A stretch of 64,000 nucleotides of DNA. Origin: Candidatus Binatia bacterium (GTDB taxonomy: Bacteria; Desulfobacterota; Binatia; UBA9968). Under the pieces are notes generated by a model. The model was not told the origin of the DNA. It saw nothing but the letters and a program-made list of their open reading frames with translations, and made no database searches. Shown piece by piece: positions 9,562 through 18,858 of the stretch (positions within the stretch are counted from its first letter, which is position 1; each line of letters opens with the position of its first letter). The DNA is taken from NCBI GenBank assembly GCA_046757725.1, contig JBHHYU010000004.1, forward strand, positions 3,312 through 67,311, written 5' to 3'. The translations under genes and the position numbers were made by a program.

Positions 9562-10865
9562 TCGATAAAAGAGAAGTGCTCGATTTTTCCCGAGAACTCG
9601 GTTTAGCACCGAATGTGGTCGAAAAGGATTACGTGCTAGGCTGGCTCTTGGCTGGGATCGGTCATCATGAAGAATTGAGCGTAAGCTGGTTCTTCAAGGG
9701 TGGCACGTGTCTGAAAAAGTGCTTTTTCGAGACGCACCGTTTCTCTGAAGACTTGGACTTTACCACCACGGATTCAAATCAGCTAAACAAGGAGTTTCTT
9801 ACTAAAGCGTTCACAGAGATTTCCACGTGGATCTACGAAGTGGTTGGTATCGAGCTTCAAACGGAATTGATTCGTTTCGACGTTGTTCAAAACCCACGGG
9901 GAGGGACTTCAATTGAGGGGCGAATAGCCTTCCGGGGGCCGATGGGAATGGGTGGAGATTTACCACGGGTCAGACTAGACCTAACGGCCGATGAGGTGCT
10001 GGTCCTAGAACCTGTGATGCGTAAAGTCCACCATCCCTATTCCGACAATCCAGGGGATGGTATCGAGATTTTGTGTTATGCCTTTGAAGAGGTCTTTGCC
10101 GAAAAGACGCGAGCTCTGAAGGAACGACTCAGGCCGCGCGATCTGTACGACGTTGTGCACTTGTATCGACACGAAACATTCCGGCCGGAGCGGCAAACCA
10201 TGATCGATACACTTTCAAAAAAGTGCAAGTTTACGGGAATATCTTTACCCACCATAGAAGAATTTACGGAGCATCAAGGCCGTAAGGAGTTAGAAGCTGA
10301 ATGGGAAAACATGCTTAGACGCCAGCTGCCGGCGCTACCGCCTTTTGATCAATTTTGGAGTGAACTCCCGGCTGTATTTCAGTGGCTCTACGGGGTGGCT
10401 GAACGGATCGAACGACCAGCAATCCCCACAATGGGCACTGGAATCGATGAGAGTTGGCGCCCACCAGTCATGGCCCAGACGTGGAGTTCATCGGTTCCGC
10501 TTGAAATCATTAGATTTGCAGCATCAAACCGTTTATGTGTGAATCTTTCCTACCAGGGCACCACAAGGCTTATTGAGCCGTATTCTTTGCGGCGGACTCG
10601 CAATGGTCATCTATTACTGTATGCTATAAGGCATAACACAGGTGAGGATAGGTCTTACCGAGTAGATCGGATACAAGGAGCCAAAGCTTCTTCAGTATCC
10701 TTCGCCCCACGATATCTCGTCGAACTCGCGGCCTCAGGCCCGATTTCTACGCCACCAATTGAGCGCAGTTCGTGTGTGATTCCAAGGGTTAGGAAGCCGA
10801 GAAGAAGGCATACAATGTGGAACAGGCTCGGACCAACATACGTATATGAATGCAATTATTGCTGA
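9558..10865 (+). CDS. AbiEii-like nucleotidyltransferase toxin with C-terminal WYL domain; frame continues past TGA to 10973
   Basis: VEKDY, FKGGTCL, RFSEDLDF, AEK..RPRDLYD; WYL-like RLIEPYSL..RSYRVDRI. Confidence 0.85.
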   Translation: MIDKREVLDFSRELGLAPNVVEKDYVLGWLLAGIGHHEELSVSWFFKGGTCLKKCFFETHRFSEDLDFTTTDSNQLNKEFLTKAFTEISTWIYEVVGIELQTELIRFDVVQNPRGGTSIEGRIAFRGPMGMGGDLPRVRLDLTADEVLVLEPVMRKVHHPYSDNPGDGIEILCYAFEEVFAEKTRALKERLRPRDLYDVVHLYRHETFRPERQTMIDTLSKKCKFTGISLPTIEEFTEHQGRKELEAEWENMLRRQLPALPPFDQFWSELPAVFQWLYGVAERIERPAIPTMGTGIDESWRPPVMAQTWSSSVPLEIIRFAASNRLCVNLSYQGTTRLIEPYSLRRTRNGHLLLYAIRHNTGEDRSYRVDRIQGAKASSVSFAPRYLVELAASGPISTPPIERSSCVIPRVRKPRRRHTMWNRLGPTYVYECNYC

Positions 10866-10981
10866 AAAAAATTCTACCGGAAAAAGCATGACTCTGCTCT
10901 GCGGGATCACAAAGATATGCACGGATACAGATGTTCCGGCCGTAGAGGGTATTTAGTAGACACGAGGTATTAAAGCACTCG

Positions 10982-12469
10982 ATGGAATCTTCAACGATCG
11001 TTCAAAAACTTTGGAACTACTGCAACATCCTGCGGGATGACGGGCTCTCGTATGGCGACTACGTCGAGCAGTTGACGTTTCTGCTGTTCCTCAAAATGGC
11101 GGATGAGCAGAGCAAACCGCCGTTTGATAAGCCGTCGCCGATTCCGAAGGACTTCGACTGGCAAAGCCTCTTGAAACGCGACGGCGATGAGCTGGAGACG
11201 CACTATCGCCATGGTCTTGAATCGCTGGGCAAAAAAAAGGGCATGCTCGGCGTTATATTTCGCAAGGCGCAGAATAAGATCCAGGACCCGGCGAAGCTCC
11301 GGCGGCTGATCGTCGATCTCATCGACAAGGAACAGTGGTCGTCGTTATCCGCTGACGTGAAGGGCGACGCTTACGAGGGTCTACTTCAGAAGAACGCCGA
11401 GGACGTGAAGGGTGGGGCGGGACAGTACTTTACACCTCGTCCGCTGATCGTTGCTATGGTCGACGTGATGCGGCCGGAACCGAAGATGACGATCTGCGAT
11501 CCGGCGTGCGGCACGGGTGGCTTCCTGCTGGCAGCCTACACTCATCTTTCCGATCCGAAACGTTATCAGCTCGACCGTGAGGAGAAGAAACGCCTCGCCC
11601 TTGGCACCCTCTGGGGTGTGGAGCTGGTGGATGGTGTGGCCCGGCTTTGCTGCATGAACATGCTGCTCCACGGCATCAGCGGCGACGGGGCAGAAGAAGT
11701 GCCGGTGGAGATCCGCGACGCTCTTAGCAGCCACGGCGGGAAGTACTACGAGATGGTGATGACCAATCCGCCTTTCGGCAAAAAGAGCAGCGTGACCATC
11801 GTGAACGAAGAAGGCAAGGCGGAAAAGGAAAGCCTAACGATTCACCGGGACGACTTCTGGGCGTCCACCAGCAACAAGCAGCTCAACTTTCTCCAGCATG
11901 TCTTCACGATCCTCAAACAACATGGCCGGGCGTCCATCGTGGTGCCGGACAACGTGCTGTTTGAAGGCGGAGCGGGGGAAACGGTTCGCCGCGAAATTCT
12001 CAAGCAGGCAGACGTGCATACGCTTCTGCGTCTGCCCACGGGCATCTTCTACGCCCAGGGCGTTAAGGCGAACGTTCTTTTCTTCGACCGCAAGCCCGCA
12101 CAGGAAAAACCCTGGACAGAAAAGCTCTGGATCTACGATCTTCGGACCAACAAGCACTTCACATTGAAGGAAAACCAGCTCAAGCGCTCCGACCTGGACG
12201 ACTTCGTCGCCTGCTACCACGCCGAGAACCGCCATAAACGAAAGGAGACGGAGCGATTCAAGTGCTTCGCCTACGAAGACCTCACCAAACGGGACAAGGT
12301 CAATTTAGACATCTTCTGGCTCAAAGATGAATCCCTCGAAGAATCGGCGAACCTCCCGGCTCCCGGCATCATCGCCGCTAACATTACGGAAGACCTCGAA
12401 GCCGCCCTAGAACAGTTTCACGAAATCGTTGGCGATTTGGGAACGGGAGAAGGGGGCGGAAAGAACTGA
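10982..12469 (+). CDS. hsdM: Type I restriction-modification N6-adenine methyltransferase
   Basis: GQYFTPR, DPACGTGGFL, NPPF motifs. Confidence 0.95.
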   Translation: MESSTIVQKLWNYCNILRDDGLSYGDYVEQLTFLLFLKMADEQSKPPFDKPSPIPKDFDWQSLLKRDGDELETHYRHGLESLGKKKGMLGVIFRKAQNKIQDPAKLRRLIVDLIDKEQWSSLSADVKGDAYEGLLQKNAEDVKGGAGQYFTPRPLIVAMVDVMRPEPKMTICDPACGTGGFLLAAYTHLSDPKRYQLDREEKKRLALGTLWGVELVDGVARLCCMNMLLHGISGDGAEEVPVEIRDALSSHGGKYYEMVMTNPPFGKKSSVTIVNEEGKAEKESLTIHRDDFWASTSNKQLNFLQHVFTILKQHGRASIVVPDNVLFEGGAGETVRREILKQADVHTLLRLPTGIFYAQGVKANVLFFDRKPAQEKPWTEKLWIYDLRTNKHFTLKENQLKRSDLDDFVACYHAENRHKRKETERFKCFAYEDLTKRDKVNLDIFWLKDESLEESANLPAPGIIAANITEDLEAALEQFHEIVGDLGTGEGGGKN

Positions 12470-12574
12470 CCACCTGAGATAATTTAGAGCCAAAGCCGGA
12501 ACGGGATCGGGAGGCCGTACGCCTGCCGTATGTAAAGTAGGTGCTTGCGAGGAGATAATTCGGGACAATAAAAC

Positions 12575-13605
12575 ATGGATTTGGTTGCCGAACCGCAATT
12601 GATATCTGACGGGGTTATTGGACACAGCCCAACCATGGTCAGGATTTACAAACTGGCCGAGAAGCTGTCGAAAATAACAACCAGCGCATTGATTTTTGGG
12701 GAAAGCGGTACAGGCAAGGAAAACCTTGCAAGGACCATCCATACTAACAGCCCACGCAGAAACGAACCATTCGTAGTAGTCGACTGTTCGGGACTCTCGG
12801 AAGTATTGGCCGAAAGTGAACTGTTCGGTCATGCTAGAGGTGCTTTTACAGATGCGGTTGCTTCCCGTGATGGACTAATCAAGCGTGCTACTAAGGGAAC
12901 GCTATTCTTAAAATCAGTGGAGACACTACCCAAACAGCTCCAAGGAAAGATGCTTGAGGTGCTTGAACATAAAATGCTGACACCACTCGGCGGAACTGAG
13001 GAAATCAAACTAGATCTTAGAGTAATATCAGCATCGACTAAGAGTCTCAAAGAGACGGTTTCTATGGGGCAATGCAGAGAAGATCTCTATCACCGGCTGA
13101 GTGTCATCGAGATAAGTTTACCCCCTCTGCGCAACAGAAAAGAGGATATCCCGCTGTTTATCAGACACTGTATTCGGAAGCACGCGGATTCCATGAAAAA
13201 ACAGGTCACAACGATTAGAAGTGACGCACAAGATTGTCTTATAGACTACCCATATACAGGGAACATTGCAGAACTAGAAAAAATCGTTGAGTATGCCGTC
13301 GCGCTCACTGATAGAGATACTATAGGGACTGATGATTTGCCTCTAAGCGTTAGGAAAAGTACGACCCAAGATGAGCTGGAAGTTTTTGAACACACAGATC
13401 CGGCTGAGGCGAAATTATTCACAACAAGGGCAACTCTCTGGATGAAGAACTAGCTATCCACGAAAGATCACTCCTTTTGGCTGCCTTAAAAAAGGCTAAC
13501 TGGGTACAGAAGAGAGCGGCGGAACTCCTGGGAATTGAGTACCGGTCACTTAGACACCGGCTAGAAAAATATGGCCTCCTGAAATTTCCACTGCGCGAGG
13601 AATGA
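12575..13605 (+). pseudogene. sigma54-interacting AAA+ domain with Fis-type HTH; frameshifted at ~13406-13450, no sensory domain
   Basis: GESGTGKE, ESELFGH, GAFTDA; the HTH (AALKKANWVQKRAAELLGIEYRSLRHRLEKYG) lies in another frame and ends at 13605. Confidence 0.75.
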
Positions 13606-13665
13606 TTGAAAACGTTGTGGACTTGAGTGGGAAAAGAGAACGGAGCGTAAAGGAGGTAACATCCA

Positions 13666-14358
13666 TTGGCTAAACGAGCTCAGCTAGTCTGCCAGCATCT
13701 TGAGAACATTTCTTCGGAAGCATTGGACAAGTACCAGGATGTCGTTCGCAGTTACGTTCGCGGTCGAACAGGAATCTATGCACTGTACCGGCGAAACAAG
13801 CTTTACTACGTGGGGTTAGCGAGTAATTTAAGGACTCGGCTCAAGCAGCATTTACGCGATCGGCATAAGGGAATTTGGGACCGATTCAGCGTCTACCTTA
13901 CGATCGGCGACAGCCACCTCAAAGAACTGGAATCCCTTATCTTGAGAACGGTCAAGCCGGGAGGTAATACACAGACCGGCAAATTTATTAAGTCTGAAAA
14001 TCTGCGAGGCCGACTGGCCCGCGATCTTAGAAGAAAACAGCGAGAGGAAATCAACTGGCTCATTGGCCGTACGACCACCCCCACAGTTAAACGCTCCAGC
14101 AAGAAAAAGCGCGTAAAAGGCGAGCCGATCCTCGCAGGTTACTTTAACCAGTCAACCAGACTAAGGGCCGTGTATAGAGGTAAACCAGTCGGGGCACGCG
14201 TCCGAAAAAACGGGCTAATCCGGTACAAGAACAAAGATTTCAAATCTCCCTCTCTGGCTGGACACGCGGTTGTTAAGCGTTCCTGCAATGGCTGGACATT
14301 TTGGAGGTATGAACGGGCTCCCGGCGATTGGGTTCCCTTGGATGAACTAAGACGCTGA
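13666..14358 (+). CDS. GIY-YIG nuclease with C-terminal RAMA/DUF4357-like domain
   Basis: GIYAL..YYVG..LRTRLKQH; C-terminal FKSPSLAG..NGWTFW. Confidence 0.75.
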   Translation: MAKRAQLVCQHLENISSEALDKYQDVVRSYVRGRTGIYALYRRNKLYYVGLASNLRTRLKQHLRDRHKGIWDRFSVYLTIGDSHLKELESLILRTVKPGGNTQTGKFIKSENLRGRLARDLRRKQREEINWLIGRTTTPTVKRSSKKKRVKGEPILAGYFNQSTRLRAVYRGKPVGARVRKNGLIRYKNKDFKSPSLAGHAVVKRSCNGWTFWRYERAPGDWVPLDELRR

Positions 14359-14644
14359 GTTAAGAGCACAGCGGTCTAAGATCATGACAATGTGGTCGAA
14401 TCTCGACTTTTGCTTTTGCCGAAACCACGCCTGATACCTAACAAACGTTTCCTTTAAAAAACAAAAGGCACCGGAGGCCTGGTTAACCCGCCTTCTAAGC
14501 CCAGGGAAACTAACGTCCGCGAGCGCGAAGAGTCCTACGGATCACGCCGGTAAAGATAAATATATTGGAACGAGAGTTTTCTGTATCGAGGCTGGCTAGG
14601 ATCGGAATTCTCCAGATTCCGTGAGGGGACAAAGGCGGGCCGTG

Positions 14645-14827
14645 CTATTTTATCCCGCCACGCATGCGCTTTTGCTTGGTCAGATCAACAATTTGGCCGC
14701 CCTGCAGCACATAAACCGGTGTACTGGTCTGTAAACCAAGCCTCCTTGCCCGCCGGGCCGCTCGACGCAGGGCCTTCGCTGAGGCTCGAATATCAGGATC
14801 TTTTGAACCTATTGCTTGTTGCTTCAC
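14645..14827 (-). CDS. Small basic hypothetical protein, probable partner of the zeta-like ATPase
   Basis: GTGA overlap with the upstream ATPase gene; ALRRAARRARR..TPVYV..GQIV pattern. Confidence 0.55.
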   Translation of the reverse strand: MKQQAIGSKDPDIRASAKALRRAARRARRLGLQTSTPVYVLQGGQIVDLTKQKRMRGGIK

Positions 14828-15348
14828 GGATTATCTCCAGACGCTATTAGACGAGGGATGCTTCCTGAATTATCGTACAGTATCCAATGATCCACTAGTG
14901 CCTGATAGACATTATGAAAATTCCGTAGCCCGCTGTCAAACCGACGCCGTACTACGGACTCTGGCACATTGTGGCCCCCTTGTGCCACCCTCGCAGCCAC
15001 ACGGGCTAGAGCTAGGTCAGGTGTGGGCAGGTTGAGAAATATCAGTTTGACGTGATACCTCGCCGCACGCCAGCGAGGGATCATTCGTGAGTAACGGCGC
15101 CCGCTTAATGTGGTTTCAAAGGCAAAACTCTTTCCCTCACGAGTACGCCGCTTGATTTCCGCCAGCATTAGCCGACCCGCTCTTATAGCAGCTTGGTCCG
15201 GGTCAAAGGGAGAAAGCCCTGCGGCAATCAGGTCCACGTTGATAAAGTCAGGGCAGTCCGCCTCGCGCGGCAAGAACTCGAGGGCGAAAGTAGTCTTTCC
15301 CGCTCCGTTCGGCCCCGCAATTATAACGATCTTCTTCTCATTGGCCAT
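14824..15348 (-). CDS. Zeta-toxin-like P-loop ATPase/kinase
   Basis: IAGPNGAGKTT, FAFETTLSG, RVAQGGHNVP, YDNS. Confidence 0.85.
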   Translation of the reverse strand: MANEKKIVIIAGPNGAGKTTFALEFLPREADCPDFINVDLIAAGLSPFDPDQAAIRAGRLMLAEIKRRTREGKSFAFETTLSGRRYSRMIPRWRAARYHVKLIFLNLPTPDLALARVAARVAQGGHNVPESVVRRRFDSGLRNFHNVYQALVDHWILYDNSGSIPRLIASGDNP

Positions 15349-15461
15349 TTGTCAGTGAAAATTGCAAGGAAAACGAGGACATTCTCCTTTTTTTTGACCA
15401 TCAACAACTCCCCTTTTGTATTGGTGAGTTCAGCGTCTGCTCGTAGGCGGAGAGGAGCCGG

Positions 15462-15968
15462 TTATACAACCAGCCGGGTTCCGCACCGAGAACAGGTCCG
15501 AAGCTTTCCGTCGGCTTTAAGGACGTCATAGGCTTGCTTGACCGCGTCGGAGGGATCATTAAAGCTCAGGGACGTTTCGTAGATCTGCCCATTGCACTTC
15601 TCACAGTACCAGACAAACCGGTCCTGCTCTTCGGGGCGTCGCTTTCTTTCAACAACGAAGCTCCAGGAGCCTTCTCCTCTCCTTGGGGAGTGAGGGACGT
15701 TGGCCGGTAGGAGGAAGAGTTCTCCCGCTTTGATCACAGCAAGATCCCGTTTTCCTTCTTTGGTGATGTAATGAAGGTTCAGTTCCCCCTCAAGCTGGTA
15801 GAAGATCTCATCACCGGGATCGATGTGGAAGTCGCTACGGCTATTCGGCCCGCGAGTGACAAATGCGATAAAGTCTGAGTCTTCCCATATTCTTCTCCGT
15901 TGCCCCCAGTCCTGCCGGTTTTCTTCGATCCACTCTTTCAGATTGAAGTTTTTTAAGTGCGGAAACAT
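15462..15968 (-). CDS. nbaC: 3-hydroxyanthranilate 3,4-dioxygenase-like cupin
   Basis: GPNSRSDFHIDPGDEIFYQLEG, LLPANVPHSP, and rubredoxin-like CEKC/CSRC. Confidence 0.8.
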   Translation of the reverse strand: MFPHLKNFNLKEWIEENRQDWGQRRRIWEDSDFIAFVTRGPNSRSDFHIDPGDEIFYQLEGELNLHYITKEGKRDLAVIKAGELFLLPANVPHSPRRGEGSWSFVVERKRRPEEQDRFVWYCEKCNGQIYETSLSFNDPSDAVKQAYDVLKADGKLRTCSRCGTRLVV

Positions 15969-16059
15969 GATCCCTCCTATCTCTGCCAGGATGAAGTAGA
16001 AATGAGAAGACAGTAGTGAGGCTGATGACGGCAGTCGATGAAACGGATAGGGTTCTCCA

Positions 16060-18858
16060 TTATTTCTGTAAGCTATCTTGCGACATTTCTTGTTTTGCCG
16101 CTATGGTCCTATCTGCTTTTTCCACACGGGCGGCACAGAACTTGAACTCGGGAATCTTGCCGACGGGGTCGAGTGCCGGGTTGGTCAGTACGTTAGCCGC
16201 CGCCTCCGCGTAACAGAAGGGGATGAAGACGCAGCCCTCGGGGATGGCAGCATCCATACGGGATTTGAGCTCGATAACTCCGCGGCGGGTAGTTACCCGA
16301 ACGGGTTCGCCGGGCGAAACTCCTAATCGCCTCAATTCCTTGGAACACAGGCTGGCGACGGCCTCGGGCTCAATCTTGTCCAGCACCCTCGCCCGTCGCG
16401 TAATCGCCCCGGTATGCCAGTGCTCAAGCTGGCGGCCGGTTGTGAGGATCATCGGATACTTCTCGTCCGGCTGCTCGTCCGGCGGGATTATGCCGGCGGG
16501 CACCAACTTACCGCGTCCATTTGCGGTTGGGAAGCCGTTACCGAAGACGATGTCCTGGCCGGGCCGGGTCGGCCCGCTACACGGGTAGGTGATCGAGCTC
16601 TCGCGCTCCAGCCGATCCCAGGTGATATGGCTAAGCGACGGCATGACCTGGGCCATCTCCGCAAACACATCACTCGGGCTCTCATAACTCCAGTTTAGAC
16701 CCATTCGGCGTGCGAGTTCTTGGATGATCCACCAGTCCTGGCGCGCCTCACCCGGGATCTTAAGTGCGACTCGGCCCATCTGTACCTGGCGGTTGGAGTT
16801 GGTGACGGTGCCGGCTTTCTCCGGCCACGCAGAGGCCGGTAGCACCACATCGGCATGAAACGCGGTCTCGGTTAAAAAGATGTCCTGCACCACCAGATGC
16901 TCCAGTTTGGCAAGCGCCTCACGGGCGTGCCGCACGTCCGGGTCCGACATCGCCGGGTTCTCCCCCATAATGTACATGCCCTTGATCTGATCGGCGTGTA
17001 CGGCGTCCATGATCTCGACCACGGTAAGACCCTTCTTGGGATCGAGTGTGGTGCCCCACACATCTTCGAAGTGTTTTTTGATATTCGCCGCCTCGACCGA
17101 CTGGTAGTCGGGATAGACCATGGGGATCAGCCCTGCGTCGGAGGCCCCCTGAACATTGTTCTGGCCGCGAAGGGGGTGCAGGCCAGTGCCGGGCCGGCCT
17201 ACCTGCCCGGTGATCAGAGAGAGTGCAATCAAGCAGCGGGCGTTGTCGGTGCCGTAAACGTGTTGTGAGACGCCCATGCCCCAGAAGATGATGCCGGCCT
17301 CCGCGAGGGCATAGGTGCGGGCCACGGTGCGGATCTTCTCCGCGTCGATACCGCAGATTTCAGCCATGGCCTCGGGTGTGAAGTCTTCAATGTGCCGCTT
17401 GAAGTTTTCGAAGCCCTCCGTATTCGCCTCCACGTACCGTCGGTTGTAGAGTTCTTCCGTTACGATCACGTTGAGCATGGCGTTGAGCAGCGCCACATCA
17501 GTGCCCGCCCTGAACTGCAGCATGTGAGTGGAGTGCCGTTTCAAGGCCTGCCCGCGTGGATCCATCACGATGAGCGTCTTTCCATTCTTGGCAGCCTGCT
17601 TGAAGAAGGTGGCCGCGACCGGGTGGTTTTCGGTGGAGTTGGAACCGATGACGACGATCACATCCGACTGCTCACAGGCGGTGAACGGCGCGGTTACGGC
17701 ACCCGAGCCGATCCCCTCCATCAGCGCTGCCACGGAGGACGCATGACACAGTCTCGTGCAGTGATCCACGTTGTTGGTGCCGAAACCGGCGCGCACGAGC
17801 TTCTGCACCAGGTACGCATCCTCGTTTGAGCCCTTCGCTGATCCAAAGCCGGCCAATGCCTGGCCGCCGTCACGGTCTCGGATCTTCTTGAGTCCGGCAG
17901 CAGCGGCATCGAGGGCCTCTTCCCAGCTCGCCTCGCGGAAATGGCTGTAAGGATTGGTGGGGTCCACTTCCCCGTCGGCGACCTTGGGTACGTCCTCGCG
18001 ACGAATGAGCGGGCTGGTCAGACGGTCCGGGTGATGGACATAGTCGAAGCCAAATCGACCCTTGACGCACAGCCGGTTTCGGTTGGCAGGACCGTTTCGA
18101 CCCTGCACCGCAACGATGGCATTGTCCTTGAGCTGGTAGGTGATCTGGCAACCCACGCCGCAATAGGGGCAAACGCTTGCTACCTCGGTGAGCGGATCGG
18201 TCTTGCCGATACCCTTATCGTCAACCAACGAGGCCTCCATGAGTGCACCGGTGGGGCAGGCCTGTACGCATTCGCCGCAGGCCACGCAGGTGCTTTCGCC
18301 CATGGGATCGTCGAAGTCGAAGACAATCTTGGAACGGTGGCCACGATAGGCCATGCCGATTACATCGTTCACCTGTACCTCACGACAGGCGCGCACGCAC
18401 AAGTTACAGTGGATACACGCGTCCAGCTGGACGCGCATGGCCGTATGACTCGAATCAGCTACCCGTGGCTCGCGGCCAGGAAAACGGCTGTTGGTGACGC
18501 CCATGCTGCCGGCCCACTGCCACAGGCGCGAGTTCTGGTCGTGGGCCAATTCCCGCTTCGGCTGATCGGCCATCAAAAGCTCCATCACCAAGCGGCGCGT
18601 GGTCTTTGCGCGTTCGTTGTCCGTGATCACGTTCATGCCGGCAGTAGGCCTGCGAATGCATGCTGCGGCGAGCACCCGCTCGCCCTCGACCTCCACCATG
18701 CAGGCGCGGCAATTGCCGTCAGGGCGGTATCCGGGCTCAGGCGCATAGCACAGATGCGGAATGACCGTCCCGTGACGTCGGGCCACCTCCCAGATGGTTT
18801 CGCCAAACTGGGCCTCCACTTCTCGGCCGTCCAGCGTGAAGTGGATTGGGTCGCTCAT
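16060..18858 (-). CDS. NAD-dependent formate dehydrogenase alpha subunit (Cys ligand)
   Basis: N-terminal 2Fe-2S and 4Fe-4S motifs, CPYCGVGC, DHCTRLCH, PLRGQNNVQG; start at MSDP overlaps the upstream stop. Confidence 0.92.
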   Translation of the reverse strand: MSDPIHFTLDGREVEAQFGETIWEVARRHGTVIPHLCYAPEPGYRPDGNCRACMVEVEGERVLAAACIRRPTAGMNVITDNERAKTTRRLVMELLMADQPKRELAHDQNSRLWQWAGSMGVTNSRFPGREPRVADSSHTAMRVQLDACIHCNLCVRACREVQVNDVIGMAYRGHRSKIVFDFDDPMGESTCVACGECVQACPTGALMEASLVDDKGIGKTDPLTEVASVCPYCGVGCQITYQLKDNAIVAVQGRNGPANRNRLCVKGRFGFDYVHHPDRLTSPLIRREDVPKVADGEVDPTNPYSHFREASWEEALDAAAAGLKKIRDRDGGQALAGFGSAKGSNEDAYLVQKLVRAGFGTNNVDHCTRLCHASSVAALMEGIGSGAVTAPFTACEQSDVIVVIGSNSTENHPVAATFFKQAAKNGKTLIVMDPRGQALKRHSTHMLQFRAGTDVALLNAMLNVIVTEELYNRRYVEANTEGFENFKRHIEDFTPEAMAEICGIDAEKIRTVARTYALAEAGIIFWGMGVSQHVYGTDNARCLIALSLITGQVGRPGTGLHPLRGQNNVQGASDAGLIPMVYPDYQSVEAANIKKHFEDVWGTTLDPKKGLTVVEIMDAVHADQIKGMYIMGENPAMSDPDVRHAREALAKLEHLVVQDIFLTETAFHADVVLPASAWPEKAGTVTNSNRQVQMGRVALKIPGEARQDWWIIQELARRMGLNWSYESPSDVFAEMAQVMPSLSHITWDRLERESSITYPCSGPTRPGQDIVFGNGFPTANGRGKLVPAGIIPPDEQPDEKYPMILTTGRQLEHWHTGAITRRARVLDKIEPEAVASLCSKELRRLGVSPGEPVRVTTRRGVIELKSRMDAAIPEGCVFIPFCYAEAAANVLTNPALDPVGKIPEFKFCAARVEKADRTIAAKQEMSQDSLQK

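Noticed and set aside
10863-10865. TGA after CNYC read as selenocysteine
   Set aside because: The position fits Gly of CxxCG rather than a Cys, and I see no convincing SECIS-like hairpin
17740-17770. Possible Sec ligand in the FDH alpha subunit
   Set aside because: The frame reads DHCTRLCH with Cys and has no in-frame stop
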